From: Limnothrix sp. BL-A-16 | GTDB taxonomy: Bacteria > Cyanobacteriota > Cyanobacteriia > CACIAM-69d | Reading direction: 5' to 3' | DNA length: 64,000 nt | Assembly (NCBI GenBank): GCA_041937175.2 | Contig: CP166615.1 | Location: 2,240,001 to 2,304,000, forward strand | Part shown: in pieces, positions 23,310 to 33,662 of the stretch | Layout: each line of letters starts with the position of its first letter | Numbering within the stretch: position 1 is the stretch's first letter | Translations under genes and position numbers: made by a program | Notes under the pieces: generated by a model | The model's input: only the letters and a program-made list of their open reading frames with translations | What the model was told of the DNA's origin: nothing | The model's database searches: none

Positions 23310-23504
23310 AAAAACGTCCTAGTCTCTCAAAAGTTTGGAAATACTGAGGCGCAATCGAGCGGCTTTGGCCGGCAACCACAGCCCCAAGCTAATTTTTCTG
23401 CTTGGGGATGTCAAGCAAATTGCGAACCATCCCCGAAGGTAAGCACCGTTGGGGTTTGGTCAGTTGCAATGGGGGGCGATCGCCCTAGGCCGATCGGGCA
23501 AGGC

Positions 23505-25028
23505 CTAAAGATCTGAGAACCCCTTCTTTTTCTTGCCGGGCTTTTTCTTCTTCTTGGCCGCGTTGGGATTGTTATAGCCTCGGAAGCCTGGTGCAGGCAT
23601 TTGCCCCATCGGATTACCCAGGCCCATGGGGTTACCGCCACCCATGCCGCCCATGCCACCGCCCATGCCGCCAAAGGGATTCATGCCGCCAAAGGGGTTC
23701 ATGCCGCCCATGCCCGGGAAGCCCATTTGCCCCGATCCCAACTGCTGCATCAGGGTGCGCATTTTTTGGAAGTCGGACACCAAGCTGCTCACGTCCTCTT
23801 CCTTGAGGCCGGAACCGCGAGCAATCCGGCGGCGGCGGCTGGGGGTGCTGGCCAATAGATCCGGGTTGCGGCGCTCTTCCAAGGTCATGGATTTAATGGC
23901 CGATTCGGCTACCTTGAGGCGGGCTTCTCCTTCCTCCAGGTGTTCGGCCTTGATCTTGCCGCCCAAGCCGGGGATCAACTTCACCATGCCCGCGAGCGAT
24001 CCCATGCTCTTCATTAAGCGGGTTTGCTTCAGGAAGTCATCAAAATCGAATTGGGCCGTGAGGATTTTTTCCTGCATCTTGACCGCATCGGACAGGTCAA
24101 CGGCTTCCTGGGCTTTTTCCACCAGGGTCAGCACGTCGCCCATGCCCAAAATGCGGGAGGCCATCCGATCGGGATAAAAGGGTTGCAGGGCTTCGACTTT
24201 TTCGCCCGTGCCGATGAATTTGATCGGTTGGCCAGAAATTTGCCGAATGGAGAGGGCCGCCCCGCCCCGCGCGTCGCCATCCATTTTGGTCAGGATTGCG
24301 CCTGTGATCCCCACCGCGTCGTTGAAGGCCTTGGTCAGGTTGGCGGCTTCCTGACCGATCATGGCATCCACCACCAACAGGATTTCGTGGGGTTGCACGG
24401 TGTCTTTGATTTGCACCAGCTCGCCCATCATCGCCTCGTCAATTTGCAGGCGACCGGCGGTGTCAATCAGCACGGTGTCAAAGCCTTCGGCCTTGGCTTT
24501 TTCAACCCCTTGGCGGGCAATTTCCACGGGGCTGATCTCGGCTCCCAGATCGAAAACGGGGATGTCGATTTGTTTGCCGAGGGTTTTGAGCTGCTCGATC
24601 GCGGCGGGCCGGTACACGTCGGCGGCCACCATCAGGGTCGATCGCTTTTCCTTGCGCAGGTGCAGGGCCAGCTTGGCGGTGGCGGTGGTTTTCCCGGCCC
24701 CTTGCAAGCCGGCCATCAGCACAATTGTGGGGGCCGTTTCCGCTTGGGTGAGGGGTTCGTTGCTTTCACCCATCAAGGCGGCTAGTTCGTCGTAAACCAC
24801 CTTGATGAACTGCTGGCCGGGGTTCACGCCGGAAACCACTTCGGCCCCTTGGGCCCGGGTTTCCACATCGGCAATGAACCGCTTGACCACTTGCAAGTTC
24901 ACGTCGGCTTCTAGCAGTGCCCGCCGCACGTCCTTGAGCGCGTCTTGGATGTTGGCACTGGAAATTTTGTCCTGGCCACGAAGTTTTTTCCAGGCGGATT
25001 CAAAGCGTTCGGCAAGAGCGTCAAACAT
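23505..25028 (-). CDS. ffh: Signal recognition particle protein Ffh
   Basis: ALLEADV, GLQGAGKTT, DTAGR, TKMDGDARGG, RILGMGD; start ATG 25028 (MFDALAERF); Gly/Met-rich tail. Confidence 0.97.
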   Translation of the reverse strand: MFDALAERFESAWKKLRGQDKISSANIQDALKDVRRALLEADVNLQVVKRFIADVETRAQGAEVVSGVNPGQQFIKVVYDELAALMGESNEPLTQAETAPTIVLMAGLQGAGKTTATAKLALHLRKEKRSTLMVAADVYRPAAIEQLKTLGKQIDIPVFDLGAEISPVEIARQGVEKAKAEGFDTVLIDTAGRLQIDEAMMGELVQIKDTVQPHEILLVVDAMIGQEAANLTKAFNDAVGITGAILTKMDGDARGGAALSIRQISGQPIKFIGTGEKVEALQPFYPDRMASRILGMGDVLTLVEKAQEAVDLSDAVKMQEKILTAQFDFDDFLKQTRLMKSMGSLAGMVKLIPGLGGKIKAEHLEEGEARLKVAESAIKSMTLEERRNPDLLASTPSRRRRIARGSGLKEEDVSSLVSDFQKMRTLMQQLGSGQMGFPGMGGMNPFGGMNPFGGMGGGMGGMGGGNPMGLGNPMGQMPAPGFRGYNNPNAAKKKKKPGKKKKGFSDL

Positions 25029-25202
25029 GGGCAGGGCGCGTTCGGGTGAGTCGGGTCGATCGCGCCGGGTCGGGAGATGGGCAAGATCTGCCCCGATCGG
25101 CGCGGAGTTTTTCAGCGAGGGATTTAATGCGTATTGATGATAACGCGGCGGGCGATCGCTCGCGGCCAGCACCACTGATCAAGCGCAACCGAGAGCTACT
25201 GT

Positions 25203-25901
25203 TTAGGAGTGGGGCGAGTGGGGCGGCGGCGGACTGGAGGGCCCTTCGGGGCGATCGAGACGCGCGTCGGGATCCAAATCGGGAATCACCGGATCCGCAA
25301 CCATCGGGTCTACCACCATGGCGGCTGACGCAGGACGATTGGTAATGGGTAGCCGATCCGTTTCGTAATCTAAGGATTCGTCAGGATCGTGATCGCTGGA
25401 ATGATAAGGATTAATGGATGGCGGTTGCTGATTGGCCTGTCGAATCAGCCAATAGCTGGCCGAAAGGGCCACAATGGCCAAACCCAGCCCAATTAGCTCT
25501 AGTCCGTCAATTTTGGATAGATCCAGAATGATGATTTTTCGGGCGACGGCGGTGAGCGAAGTGGCCACCACCAGCTCCACTTGCACCACATGCTTACGTA
25601 AATAGGCGGTGATGTTTTCTAGAATTTCTAGGGCAATGAGGATACTGAGCAGTGAGCCAAAGATTTCTTGTAGGGATGAGTTGAAAAAGCCCAAGGGCGA
25701 TCGGAATAATTGCCCAGAAAGCAACAGGATTAAATCCACAGTTGCCACGATAATCACCATAATCGTGGCGAGGGACAGGGCCCGAGAGATGATCCCTTCA
25801 ATGCCATCGGCCAGTTTCAAAAATTCCCGATCGTGATAGCTGGCCCGAATAATCCAACGTACCAATCGATTGAGAGAAAAAGATTTAGCAGAACGGCGCA
25901 T
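25203..25901 (-). CDS. PsiE-family membrane protein
   Basis: 4 TM segments with LIALEILENITAYL and AVARKIII motifs; start uncertain (ATG 25901). Confidence 0.8.
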   Translation of the reverse strand: MRRSAKSFSLNRLVRWIIRASYHDREFLKLADGIEGIISRALSLATIMVIIVATVDLILLLSGQLFRSPLGFFNSSLQEIFGSLLSILIALEILENITAYLRKHVVQVELVVATSLTAVARKIIILDLSKIDGLELIGLGLAIVALSASYWLIRQANQQPPSINPYHSSDHDPDESLDYETDRLPITNRPASAAMVVDPMVADPVIPDLDPDARLDRPEGPSSPPPPHSPHS

Positions 25902-26245
25902 GGGAAATCTCAAAAAGTCAGGTTGAACGTTAAGTTGAGCTTCCAGCTCAGTAATAGTCTGGCAATGGCTCAGAAGTTGAGTTAAATGCCATGTCCAGCA
26001 ATGGCCTGGCAATCACCCAACAATAGATTTGCAAACTGTTTGATCAACCGTTTGCAGTAGAATGCCAAGCGCGATCGCGCTGTGGAGTTGAACCCTTGGG
26101 CTGCCCATCAGAATCATCATCCCCCGTTCCGAGTCCGGTGAGTGAACCTTGGACGGACGAAAAGGATAATCCCCTGGATTCAGTGCGAAATCCAGCGCGA
26201 AATCCAGCGCGAGACCCATCGCTCGATCCGTCGGCAGATCCTGGG

Positions 26246-27232
26246 ATGGATCTCTTGGAGGTGGAAGCGGAGGACGGAGGCGACTTGGCAACCTATGCTT
26301 GCACAGCCGATCGCTCAGAGCGGATCGATCGCTTCCTGGCGGCTCAATGGCCCAATCTGTCTCGATCGCGCTTTCAAAAACTGATTGAAGCGGGCCAGGT
26401 GCAGGTGAATGATGCGCCCTGCGCTAACAAGCATGGGGAGGTGAAGCCGGGCGATCGAATTGTGGTCACGATTCCGCCCGATCGACCCCTGAGCTTGGAA
26501 CCCCAGGCGATCCCGCTGGATATTTTGTATGAAGACTCGCAGGTGATTGTGATTAACAAACCGGCGGGCATGGTGGTGCATCCGGCTCCGGGGCATCCGG
26601 ACGGCACGATGGTGAATGCACTGCTGGCTCACTGCAAAACCCTGCCGGGGATGGAAATGCCGTCGATCAATGGCGTGCAGCGGCCGGGGGTGGTACATCG
26701 GCTCGATCGGGACACCACCGGCGCAATTATGTTTGCCAAAACCGACTTGGCGAACCAACACCTGCAAGCCCAGTTGCGCTACAAGGTGGCCCAACGCACC
26801 TATTTGGGGATTGTCTATGGTGCGCCTCGGGACGATCGAGGCGTGGTGGATCTGCCGATCAGGCGGCATCCGGTCGATCGCAAAAAACAGGCGATCGTCC
26901 CCGTTGAAAAAGGCGGCCGCAAGGCAATCACCCACTGGTTCATCGAAGAGCGCTTGGGTAACTACACCCTAATTCGCTTTGAGCTGCAAACGGGCCGTAC
27001 TCACCAAATCCGTGTCCACAGTGCCGAACTGGGCCACCCGATCGTTGGGGATCCGGTCTATGGCTCGGGCCGCAGCATTGGGGTTAATTTACCGGGGCAG
27101 GCGCTCCATGCTTGGAAACTCCGGTTTCAGCATCCCTTGAACTACGAATGGATCGATACGGAAGCACCCTTACCGGAACATTTCCAAACCCTGCTGGAGG
27201 TGCTGCGTCGCCGATCGGGGCCGGCGCTCTAG
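26246..27232 (+). CDS. rluD: RluA/RluD-family 23S rRNA pseudouridine synthase
   Basis: S4 domain (RIDRFL), NKPAGMVVHP, HRLDRDTTG catalytic motif, TGRTHQIRVH; ORF is open back to 26096 so the start is uncertain. Confidence 0.9.
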   Translation: MDLLEVEAEDGGDLATYACTADRSERIDRFLAAQWPNLSRSRFQKLIEAGQVQVNDAPCANKHGEVKPGDRIVVTIPPDRPLSLEPQAIPLDILYEDSQVIVINKPAGMVVHPAPGHPDGTMVNALLAHCKTLPGMEMPSINGVQRPGVVHRLDRDTTGAIMFAKTDLANQHLQAQLRYKVAQRTYLGIVYGAPRDDRGVVDLPIRRHPVDRKKQAIVPVEKGGRKAITHWFIEERLGNYTLIRFELQTGRTHQIRVHSAELGHPIVGDPVYGSGRSIGVNLPGQALHAWKLRFQHPLNYEWIDTEAPLPEHFQTLLEVLRRRSGPAL

Positions 27233-27256
27233 ATTCCTATCAGGATCATTCCCCAC

Positions 27257-27297
27257 AAAACAGCAGGGACACGACTCGATCGCGCCCCTGCTGTTTT
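27257..27297. terminator. Bidirectional terminator between rluD and ndhE
   Basis: AAAACAGCAGGG/CCCTGCTGTTTT inverted repeat. Confidence 0.75.
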
Positions 27298-27371
27298 ATC
27301 AATTTCCAAGTACCTGAAAACCCTTGAAAATACTTGCAAATACTTGAAAAGAATGGTCAATCCAACTGAAT

Positions 27372-27677
27372 TTACCACTTCAAAAGGTTGAATTGTTCCA
27401 TGTCGATCGTGTCGCGGTTGCGGTAAATCGACAGGACGATCGCCAAACCCACAGCCGCTTCGGCCGCCGCGATCGTAATCACAAATACCGCAAATACCTG
27501 ACCCTTGATCCCTTGCGGATCCAGATAGTTAGAAAAGGCCATCAGGTTCAAATTCACGGCGTTGAGCATCAGCTCGATCGACATCAACACCCGAATTGCA
27601 TTCCGGCTGGTGACCAAACCAAAAATACCGGTGCAAAATAGTGCCGCCGCTAATAGCAAAAAATATTCCAGTTGCAT
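27372..27677 (-). CDS. ndhE: NDH-1 subunit E (NuoK)
   Basis: [28 protein letters not shown] end. Confidence 0.96.
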   Translation of the reverse strand: MQLEYFLLLAAALFCTGIFGLVTSRNAIRVLMSIELMLNAVNLNLMAFSNYLDPQGIKGQVFAVFVITIAAAEAAVGLAIVLSIYRNRDTIDMEQFNLLKW

Positions 27678-27715
27678 TGCTCGCTCCTGCTGAAAACTAC
27701 CTTGAAGTGCTGGGG

Positions 27716-27873
27716 CAAGGGGCTTAAGCCCCTTGTCTGGTTTGGGTGGGCAACTAACGCGATCGATTAGCGATCAGTTGGCAGCCCCTTGTCTGATTTG
27801 GGTGGGCAACTAGCAATCGATTAGCGATCAGTTGGCAGCCCCTTGCCTAGTTTGAGTGGGCAACTAGCGATCG
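27716..27873. repeat. Palindrome followed by ~55-bp tandem repeat (about 2.7 copies) overlapping the ndhG stop
   Basis: Units start AGCCCCTTG at 27727, 27783 and 27837. Confidence 0.9.
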
Positions 27874-28463
27874 GTGGCGGCCAATTCTTTCGGCCGCTCC
27901 GGCAACGCCAATTCCGTTTCCGTCGGTTGGCCCGTGGTTGGGTCATCCACCAGCAAATCGCGACGCGCCAGGACGATCGCCCCAATCATCGCCATCAACA
28001 GCAACACCGAAGCCACCTCAAAGGGCAACAGATAATCGCTAAAGAAATGCTGGGCCAAGGTAACGATCGAGGATTCCACCGTTTGGAAATCCGTGGCCAA
28101 CTGCCAAGGACTGGTCAGCACCACCGCCGCCAACAGGGCAAACAACCCCGCACAAACCAGCGCCGTCACCACTTGCCGCAGCAGGGCCCCAGCCGCTGGT
28201 ACGTAGTCTTCGCGCTTGTTCACGAGCATCACCCCAAACAGGATCAACACGTTCACCGCGCCCACGTAGACCAAAATTTGTGCCGCCGCCACGAAATCCG
28301 CGTTCAGCAGCAAATACAGACCGGCCATGCTGATAAAGGTCAATCCCAGCAAAAAGGCCGAGTAGACGATGTTGCCGGCCAGCACCACACCCAGGGCCGA
28401 ACCCAGCATCATCAGGGCCAAAACTGCGAATGACCCCAGTTGTACGCTTTCGCCTAAATTCAC
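27864..28463 (-). CDS. ndhG: NDH-1 subunit G (NuoJ)
   Basis: NADFVAAAQILVYVGAVNVLILF, YLLPFEVASVLLL. Confidence 0.96.
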   Translation of the reverse strand: MNLGESVQLGSFAVLALMMLGSALGVVLAGNIVYSAFLLGLTFISMAGLYLLLNADFVAAAQILVYVGAVNVLILFGVMLVNKREDYVPAAGALLRQVVTALVCAGLFALLAAVVLTSPWQLATDFQTVESSIVTLAQHFFSDYLLPFEVASVLLLMAMIGAIVLARRDLLVDDPTTGQPTETELALPERPKELAATDR

Positions 28464-28516
28464 CGTTACTTCCGCTCCGTAATTTTCCTACTTCTCAATC
28501 GCGATCGCTGGACTTA

Positions 28517-28727
28517 TCCCTAGGAGTCAGGGAGCAAGGGGCTTAAGCCCCTTGTCTAGCCCTGCTCTGGCAACGCTCTAAGCGTCGGGCTTGTCCTTTT
28601 CCAGGGTGGCCAGAATTTCTTCCCTAGGAGTCAGGGAGCAAGGGGCTTAAGCCCCTTGTCTGGCCCTGCCCTGGCAACGTTCTAAGCGTCGGGCTTGTCC
28701 TTTTCCAAGGTGGCCAGGATTTCTTCC
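28517..28727. repeat. 104-bp tandem duplication of the ndhI 3' end plus palindrome
   Basis: Copies start at 28517 and 28621; 5 mismatches, all transitions. Confidence 0.95.
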
Positions 28728-29281
28728 GGGCGACTGCCGGCCCGCTGGGATCCGGCGGGCAAATCGTGGGGATCAATCACCCCAGAAGGCAAGTAGGCAA
28801 ACTCCCGCAGCGGCGTAACCATCGGATCGTTCGTCACCTTGTAAGGCAAGCGACCCAGGGCCACGCTGTCGAAGTTTAAGTCGTGGCGATCGAAACTCGC
28901 CAGTTCGTATTCTTCCGTCATCGACAGGCAGTTGGTGGGGCAATATTCCACGCAGTTACCGCAGAAAATGCAAACGCCGAAATCAATGCTGTAGCTCTTC
29001 AGTTCCTTCTTCTTGGTGGCTTTATTGAATTCGTAGTCCACCACGGGCAGGTTAATTGGGCAAACCCGCACGCAAACTTCGCAGGCAATGCACTTGTCAA
29101 ATTCGTAGTGAATTCGGCCCCGGTAACGCTCCGAAGGAACGAGCTTTTCGTAGGGATATTGCACCGTCACGGGGCGGCGCTGCATGTGGTCGAACGTCAC
29201 CGACAGGCCTTGGCCGATATATTTGGCCGCTTGGACTGCCTCGCCAGCATAGTCGCTGACTTTCTTGAGGAAGTTCAGCAT
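28682..29281 (-). CDS. ndhI: NDH-1 subunit I (NuoI)
   Basis: Two CxxCxxCxxxCP 4Fe-4S motifs, VTVQYPYE. Confidence 0.97.
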   Translation of the reverse strand: MLNFLKKVSDYAGEAVQAAKYIGQGLSVTFDHMQRRPVTVQYPYEKLVPSERYRGRIHYEFDKCIACEVCVRVCPINLPVVDYEFNKATKKKELKSYSIDFGVCIFCGNCVEYCPTNCLSMTEEYELASFDRHDLNFDSVALGRLPYKVTNDPMVTPLREFAYLPSGVIDPHDLPAGSQRAGSRPEEILATLEKDKPDA

Positions 29282-29503
29282 GGTGTTTGCCTCTCTATTA
29301 ACAAGATTGCGGGTAACAAACGTTGGTTCGCGTTCAGTCAGTCCAACCTTGGGGCGGGCGGCGGGCCCGCCGGATCATTTCGCTGTTGTGCGTTTTGCTG
29401 TTGTGCGGTGCTTCCCGATCGCCCCCATCCGAACCCTTCGGGGATTTCTGAACGGTTCGGGTGCAAGGGGCGAAAAATCACTGATTTGGGGCTTTGGCCC
29501 AGG

Positions 29504-30622
29504 TTAGCCGCCGAAGAAGGCCGGGAAGCTAAGTTTCAGGGCCGCCGTCAGCAACAAATTGGCCAGTGCGACCGGTAGCAGGAACTTCCAGCCCAGGTTC
29601 AGCAGTTGGTCAATCCGCACCCGGGGAACCGTCCAGCGCAGCAACACCGCCAAGAACACCAGCAAATAGGTCTTGAACAGCACCATCACAATGCCAAGGG
29701 CGGCGGCGATGATTTGCACCCAAGCGGCGCTCAGATCCAAGCCCAAGGCTCCGGCTAACCAGTCGATCGAAACGGGCGATTCCCAGCCCCCCAGATACAA
29801 CACTGCCACCAGCAGCGCCGACAGGGTGAGGTTCACGTAAGACCCCAAATAGAACAGGGCAAACCGCATCCCCGCATATTCGGTTTGGTAGCCTGCCACC
29901 AGTTCTTCTTCCGCTTCCGGCAAGTCGAAGGGCAAGCGTTCGCATTCCGCCAGGGCCGCAATCCAAAAGATGAGGAAGCCCAGGGGTTGCCGCCAGACGT
30001 TCCAACCCAGGATGCCGTAGCCCGATTGCTGATCCACGATGTCCACGGTGCTTAGGGAGTTGGACATCATGACGATCGCCAACACGGCCAAGGCCAGGGG
30101 AATTTCGTAGCTAATCGATTGAGCAGCGGCCCGCAAGCCCCCCAGCAGGGAGTACTTGTTGTTGGATGAATAGCCCGACATCAGCAGCCCGATCGGGGCA
30201 ATGCTGGAGAGGGCAATCCACAGGAACACCCCCAACCCCAGGTTGGTGATGTTCACGTTTTGGCCAAAGGGCACAACGATGTAAGACAAAAAGACGGGAA
30301 CCACCACCAGCGCCGGCCCGATCGTGAACAACCAAGGATCCGCCTTGGCCGGCACGATGTCTTCTTTAAATAGCAATTTCAGGCCATCGGCAGCCGGTTG
30401 CAACACGCCGAGGGGCCCCGCATATTCGGGACCAATCCGCTGTTGGGCAGCGGCGGAAATTTTCCGTTCAAGCCACACGACGACGAGCACGCCGACGGTG
30501 GCGGTAATCAGCATCAGGAGCAGCGGCAGCGGAATCCACACGGCGCGGGCGAAATCGCCAGGCAGTCCGAAGTCGGCGAGCGCTTGCACGAAGCTGCTTT
30601 GGAGGTCGATTCCTTGGTTCAT
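29504..30622 (-). CDS. ndhA: NDH-1 subunit A (NuoH)
   Basis: [41 protein letters not shown]; start ATG 30622 (MNQGIDLQ). Confidence 0.97.
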   Translation of the reverse strand: MNQGIDLQSSFVQALADFGLPGDFARAVWIPLPLLLMLITATVGVLVVVWLERKISAAAQQRIGPEYAGPLGVLQPAADGLKLLFKEDIVPAKADPWLFTIGPALVVVPVFLSYIVVPFGQNVNITNLGLGVFLWIALSSIAPIGLLMSGYSSNNKYSLLGGLRAAAQSISYEIPLALAVLAIVMMSNSLSTVDIVDQQSGYGILGWNVWRQPLGFLIFWIAALAECERLPFDLPEAEEELVAGYQTEYAGMRFALFYLGSYVNLTLSALLVAVLYLGGWESPVSIDWLAGALGLDLSAAWVQIIAAALGIVMVLFKTYLLVFLAVLLRWTVPRVRIDQLLNLGWKFLLPVALANLLLTAALKLSFPAFFGG

Positions 30623-30955
30623 AGCTTCAGCGCGATGAGCGGGTCTGGAGGAAAGCTGGGCCGCGCGATCGCGGCAAGCCAGTGGGGGAAATTGAGCCAA
30701 AATTTCAAAGAAAAATTGCTCAAAATCACCCGAAATACGCTAGTGATAAAGGCTAGGCATAGATGTTCAGCGGGCTTTCCGTGCCTAGTATATCGTTGTA
30801 CGAGAGCGGGCCCCGTCTTCGATCGGCTGGGGCTGATTGGTTCTGCTGATACGCCCGATTGGCCTAGCATGGGTCTCAGAGTGATCGCCCTGTCCGTCGC
30901 CGCCCGGCGCTCTCCACCGGGCCAATGGGGCCAAGTGTGTCTTGTAGGTTTCCAG

Positions 30956-32065
30956 ATGACTGATTCGTTTAAGCGCAACCCCGCCCAGCCCTTTCAAGTG
31001 GCCAAGCCGGCCCTGGCCCCAGAGGAGGTCGATCGGCTCCTGTTGCAATTGCGGCGCAAGGAGGGTTCCTGGGTGGATTGGGGGCAAGCCTGCCAACAGC
31101 TTCAACAAAGCGGCTTGGGGCCTCAAAAAATCTTTGAAGAAACCGGCTTTGAGCCAATTCAACAAAATCAAGTGATTGTGGGGTCTCAGGTTTACCAAAC
31201 CCTGCTGAAACTGGACGCGCCTGAGCCGGTGCAAGAGCACTTTGGGCGCAAGGGCAGCGATATTTTGTACGAAATGCGGGTTTTGTCCGAGGACGATCGC
31301 CTTTCGACGGCGGCCCTGGTGGTGGAACGGGGGTTGGATTTTGATGAGGCCCGCGAGGTGGTGAAAGCCTTCAAGGAATTGACCTACCTGAAACAGCAGC
31401 CGGAAGGGTTTGCGGAATTGCCGGGGGATGCGCTGGCCTGGCAATGTTGGCGATCGGCCCGACAGCAAACGGATCTGCAAAGTCGATCGCGCCTGATTGC
31501 TAAGGGGTTGCGGTTTGCCCAAACGCCGGAAGCTCGGGCCCAACTGGAAAAGCTGCTGCTGGACTTTACGGTGGTGGCTCCCAAGAGCGCTCCTCGAATG
31601 CCGGTTTATCGGATCGATTCCGACGAGGAAGAGCCGCGTCTGCTGGCGGTGGCGGGTCAGTTGCCGATGCCCGTGGCGGCCTTGCGAGCTGTGCCCCTGA
31701 TTGAGTCGGAAGGGCCCTTTGGCATGGTGCGGTTTTCGGGCGAGGGGGCTTGGGTGGCGCTGCCCAATTGGCAAGTATTGCGCAATGCCGAAGACCCGAT
31801 CGCCCTGTTGGCCTTGCCGGAACAGTTGCCGGCCGCCCTGCCGGACGATCGCCCGGAATCGGTAATGCTGGTGATCGATCGAGCCGATCGTGCTTGGCGA
31901 GATGATGCCTTTTTTGCGGTGGCCGATGGTGACGAAAACTTGGCCTTTGAATGGTTTGACTCAGAACCCGAGCGATCGCTGCTGGGTAAGCTGATTCTCG
32001 TTTTGCGGCCCAAGAAAGGTCTGGATCAAGACTACGCCAAAGAACTCTGGCAAGTGGATGAGTAG
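30956..32065 (+). CDS. raf1: RuBisCO accumulation factor 1
   Basis: LRRKEGSWVDWG, IFEETGFEPIQQNQVIV, C-terminal LRPK..WQVDE; start ATG 30956. Confidence 0.92.
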   Translation: MTDSFKRNPAQPFQVAKPALAPEEVDRLLLQLRRKEGSWVDWGQACQQLQQSGLGPQKIFEETGFEPIQQNQVIVGSQVYQTLLKLDAPEPVQEHFGRKGSDILYEMRVLSEDDRLSTAALVVERGLDFDEAREVVKAFKELTYLKQQPEGFAELPGDALAWQCWRSARQQTDLQSRSRLIAKGLRFAQTPEARAQLEKLLLDFTVVAPKSAPRMPVYRIDSDEEEPRLLAVAGQLPMPVAALRAVPLIESEGPFGMVRFSGEGAWVALPNWQVLRNAEDPIALLALPEQLPAALPDDRPESVMLVIDRADRAWRDDAFFAVADGDENLAFEWFDSEPERSLLGKLILVLRPKKGLDQDYAKELWQVDE

Positions 32066-32129
32066 TGGTTTTTAGCAACCACCCATTTCGTTCAGTTGCT
32101 TCACAAAAACACATCATCAAAATTCATAC

Positions 32130-32169
32130 AAAAAGTCCGTAGCCAGCCTCAACAGCCATGCTACGGACT
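32130..32169 (-). terminator. Terminator downstream of the DUF1565 gene
   Basis: AGTCCGTAGC/GCTACGGACT stem with an A-run on the left. Confidence 0.65.
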
Positions 32170-32280
32170 CAGTTCGGTTGTAAGGAAGAAACGAAGGCGA
32201 ATGCTAAGTGCAGCACTCCTGAGCACAGAACGCTGATATTCAGTGCATTATCAGTGCATTAACGGTCTTGCCGCGATCGC

Positions 32281-33300
32281 CTAGAGGCCAAAGACCCGAC
32301 TACGGCCCATTTGGTTGCCGATCGTGCTGAAGGCGTTCCCCGTGGCGTTGTTCACCGCAAAGCGACCATTCCCCATAATGCGGTTGTTGCCCGGAGCAGT
32401 GCTGGTTCCCAGATCGGGGCGAGCGCGCAAAATTGCCACAATGCCGTCCCGTCCATTGTTCTCGATCGAGTTATTGCGCAACACCGGCCGCGCTTGGTCA
32501 GAAATCACCACGCCATCCTGGTTATTGACGATCGTGTTATTCACCACCAACGGATTGGCCGTGCCCCCGATCGCCAGGCCAAAGCCCGTGGCCTGGAACC
32601 AGCTATCCCGAATTTCGCCACCGGCCGCCCGCGTCAGCGCAATGCCATTCCCCTTGTTTTCATGGAACAGGCAGTTTTGAATCATGGGCGCAGCATTCCC
32701 GGTCACAAAAATGCCATCGCGGTGATTGCCCTTGAACACACTGCGGCGAATCACTGGGTTTGCAGACTCCACCCAAACGCCCGTACCACGCGTGTTGCCA
32801 TTGGTGACGGTGATGCCACTCAGCACGGTGTTGCGTTGCACCCGCACCGCCGCATTCTGACGAGCAAAGCTGGGACTAATGAAGCTACCGCCCCCTTGAA
32901 TGACCGTGTTTTTGCCCTCGGCGGCTTCGTCACCCCGCAGGGTCACCCCTTCCGGAACCATCAGCGGAAACGTTTCCCCCGTGGTGGCGCTATAGACTCC
33001 CGGGGCCAACTGCACCACATCACCCGGCTGAGCTTGGCTGAGGGCGTAGGCGATGGTGCGGAAGGGGGCCCGCTGGCTACCGCTGGGGGCCGTGTCCGCG
33101 CCCATGGCAGGGTTCACATGCAAAATGCGGGCATTGCTGGGCAGGGTGCTGGCGATCGGCTCGGGGCCGGCGGCTCGCACCGCTTCAGCGGCCATCAGCG
33201 GCGTTGCAACACCTTGCACCATCGGCAGAGCCAACAGCAGAGCCAGAAGGGTTTGAGCCGAACGGGATTGGTAGATACCTTGGGGGCGCAGCATAGCCAT
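32281..33300 (-). CDS. Secreted DUF1565 / parallel beta-helix protein
   Basis: Signal peptide, VNP..G.D...GS...PFRTI, GETFPL, Asn/Gly-rich beta-helix repeats. Confidence 0.85.
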   Translation of the reverse strand: MAMLRPQGIYQSRSAQTLLALLLALPMVQGVATPLMAAEAVRAAGPEPIASTLPSNARILHVNPAMGADTAPSGSQRAPFRTIAYALSQAQPGDVVQLAPGVYSATTGETFPLMVPEGVTLRGDEAAEGKNTVIQGGGSFISPSFARQNAAVRVQRNTVLSGITVTNGNTRGTGVWVESANPVIRRSVFKGNHRDGIFVTGNAAPMIQNCLFHENKGNGIALTRAAGGEIRDSWFQATGFGLAIGGTANPLVVNNTIVNNQDGVVISDQARPVLRNNSIENNGRDGIVAILRARPDLGTSTAPGNNRIMGNGRFAVNNATGNAFSTIGNQMGRSRVFGL

Positions 33301-33662
33301 AGGTCGTCTCTGATGGGGGTGTGAAAGGAGCGATTGGATTTGAATCTCGTCTCTTGGGTTCAGATTCCCTGAGCAATTGCCAAATTCCGGAAGCCCTTGG
33401 CCAGTGGTGCGATCGCCACAGTTCCCCTATTCCACTCACCCAATTGGCGCGGCGATCGATCCCCGTAGCAGCGTGGTTGGGCAATCCCGTCCCCGCCCGA
33501 TCGCCCGGCCCCTTCAAAAAATGCCCCAAGCGGTTCCGGATTTCCCCTGGCAATCCAGAAGGATGAGGGTTAATCAACAGATCGCCAAATCCAGAGCGCC
33601 AGAGAGATTGATTGATTGATCAATGACCAAGGGGCAACAGCCTTGGATCGTTCTTGGATTCC

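Noticed and set aside
23590..23730. Repetitive DNA at the 3' end of ffh
   Set aside because: Encodes the Gly/Met-rich low-complexity tail common in cyanobacterial Ffh.
27716..28727. Possible CRISPR array suggested by regularly spaced palindromes
   Set aside because: The intervening sequences are themselves repeated, so there are no unique spacers; only 2-3 units; no cas genes in the window.
30398..30955. N-terminal extensions in the ORF track for raf1 (also sdhA, ffh, ndhA, ctaA and the peroxiredoxin-like gene)
   Set aside because: They overlap neighbouring genes or promoters; family similarity starts at later ATGs.
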